NCBI GenBank assembly: GCA_964057225.1 | Contig: OZ059895.1 | Location: 6,200,001 to 6,264,000, forward strand | Direction of reading: 5' to 3' | Source: Auanema rhodensis | Lineage: Eukaryota; Animalia; Nematoda | DNA length: 64,000 nt | Shown here: positions 63,071 to 64,000 of the stretch, piece by piece | How positions within the stretch are numbered: position 1 is the stretch's first letter | How the letters are laid out: each line of letters opens with the position of its first letter | Translations under genes and position numbers: made by a program | The notes under the pieces: model-generated | Database searches by the model: none | What the model saw: only the letters and a program-made list of their open reading frames with translations | What the model was told of the DNA's origin: nothing

Positions 63071-64000
63071 ATGTCTTCGCCTGAAAGAATCATGGAAAAT
63101 AATGAAAATATAAGTAATGTTTCAACTGTGGACTCAAAAACTCCTCAACCCACCAGACAGGTAACACAATAGTTAATTTATTTTCTAATTTGCTTTTTTT
63201 AGGGAAAGAGAGTTCCTACTGAGAGTCCCTATTCCTGGGCCACTCCATCACATAGGAAACCATTGAAACAAGTATATCTTATTCTTTTGATATTTATACG
63301 TATATTTCTTAGTCCCGGCAGCCAACTTTTGTCGATGATATTAACTTGGAACAAACGTTTCTCGAGCAAGATACTATCATGATGTTTCCCAAGAGCGGTT
63401 TGCTAAATCTTAAAATTTTTCTTTGTAAATTTTGCTTGTTCTAGACTCTATTAGTTTTTGTGAAAATACTCCATCTAGGGAAGGAAACGAAAATATTAAA
63501 GTTTTTTTGAATCCGTTTCATCGTTAACTTTTTTTTATTCATAGATTTTTGGTGATATGTCTCCTACACATTTTCCTGATCAAGAAATTGAGGCGAATGA
63601 TTCATCGAAAAAGTATATATTTTTCGAAATAAAAGTATTTTTATTGTTGTTCAGAGATTCTTTGGATCAAATCTTTGACTCAGCTAGTAACCAAGGCGAT
63701 ATTGTGGACGCTACGGTCGATCCTGTAGATGTTGCTGGACCAACAAACTCTTTATCGGATGTAGCTAATGAAAACTGTCTGGAAAACTCTACTGTTCCTG
63801 ACACCAACGAGGATGAAGGTATACGCAAAAATATTTTTGATTTTCGTTCAAAGGTCAAGATTATATTACAGACACTGAAAAAGTAACTGATGATGATAAT
63901 GTTCTTGCCTCCGATTTAGCTTCGTTGCAAGAATTGGGATTGTTTGCGGATATGCCTGTCCAGGAATCGAAGGACTTTGCCGCTGAAATGGCATCAGCAG
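63071..64000 (+). CDS. Uncharacterised protein, acidic Ser/Thr/Pro-rich N-terminus (runs off window end)
   Basis: Phase-consistent short exons MSSPERIMENN..KTPQPTRQ/GKRVPTESPYSWATPSHRKPLKQ/SRQPTFVDDINLEQTFLEQD..; typical 40-50 nt introns resume here; includes part of ORF 63557-63886. Confidence 0.7.

Noticed and set aside
1-64000. Prokaryotic-type systems (CRISPR, IS elements, defence operons), tRNA/rRNA genes and intact transposons
   Set aside because: The sequence is spliceosomal-intron-rich eukaryotic DNA; I saw no repeat-spacer array, transposase or RT ORF, long terminal repeats or cloverleaf. Short MITEs, miRNAs or snoRNAs could be missed by eye.

Overview
Eukaryotic, AT-rich genomic DNA of nematode type (probably a rhabditid): dozens of 40-60 nt introns and splice acceptors directly in front of start codons. 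The window has two very different halves. 1-29.7 kb is gene-dense: NDRG-family 3' end, Integrator subunit 8 with an antisense RNase P RNA gene in its only long intron, an unknown secreted protein, a divergent AP-2 factor with clustered ACCNNNGGT palindromes upstream, a likely operon (golgin-84, VTA1, RalBP1, C9orf78) with a PAN-1/LRON-type LRR receptor nested antisense in a RalBP1 intron, a CALML4-like gene and a small unknown gene. 27.9-62.8 kb is one HNF4-type nuclear receptor locus on the - strand: an 8.1 kb first intron splits the first zinc-finger Cys codon, followed by ~24 kb of microsatellite-rich upstream DNA. An unidentified gene with E2F-type promoter sites starts at 63071. Gene models were spliced by eye and family calls come from remembered motifs, not database searches. 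Most ORF-track entries beyond 30 kb are microsatellite artefacts.
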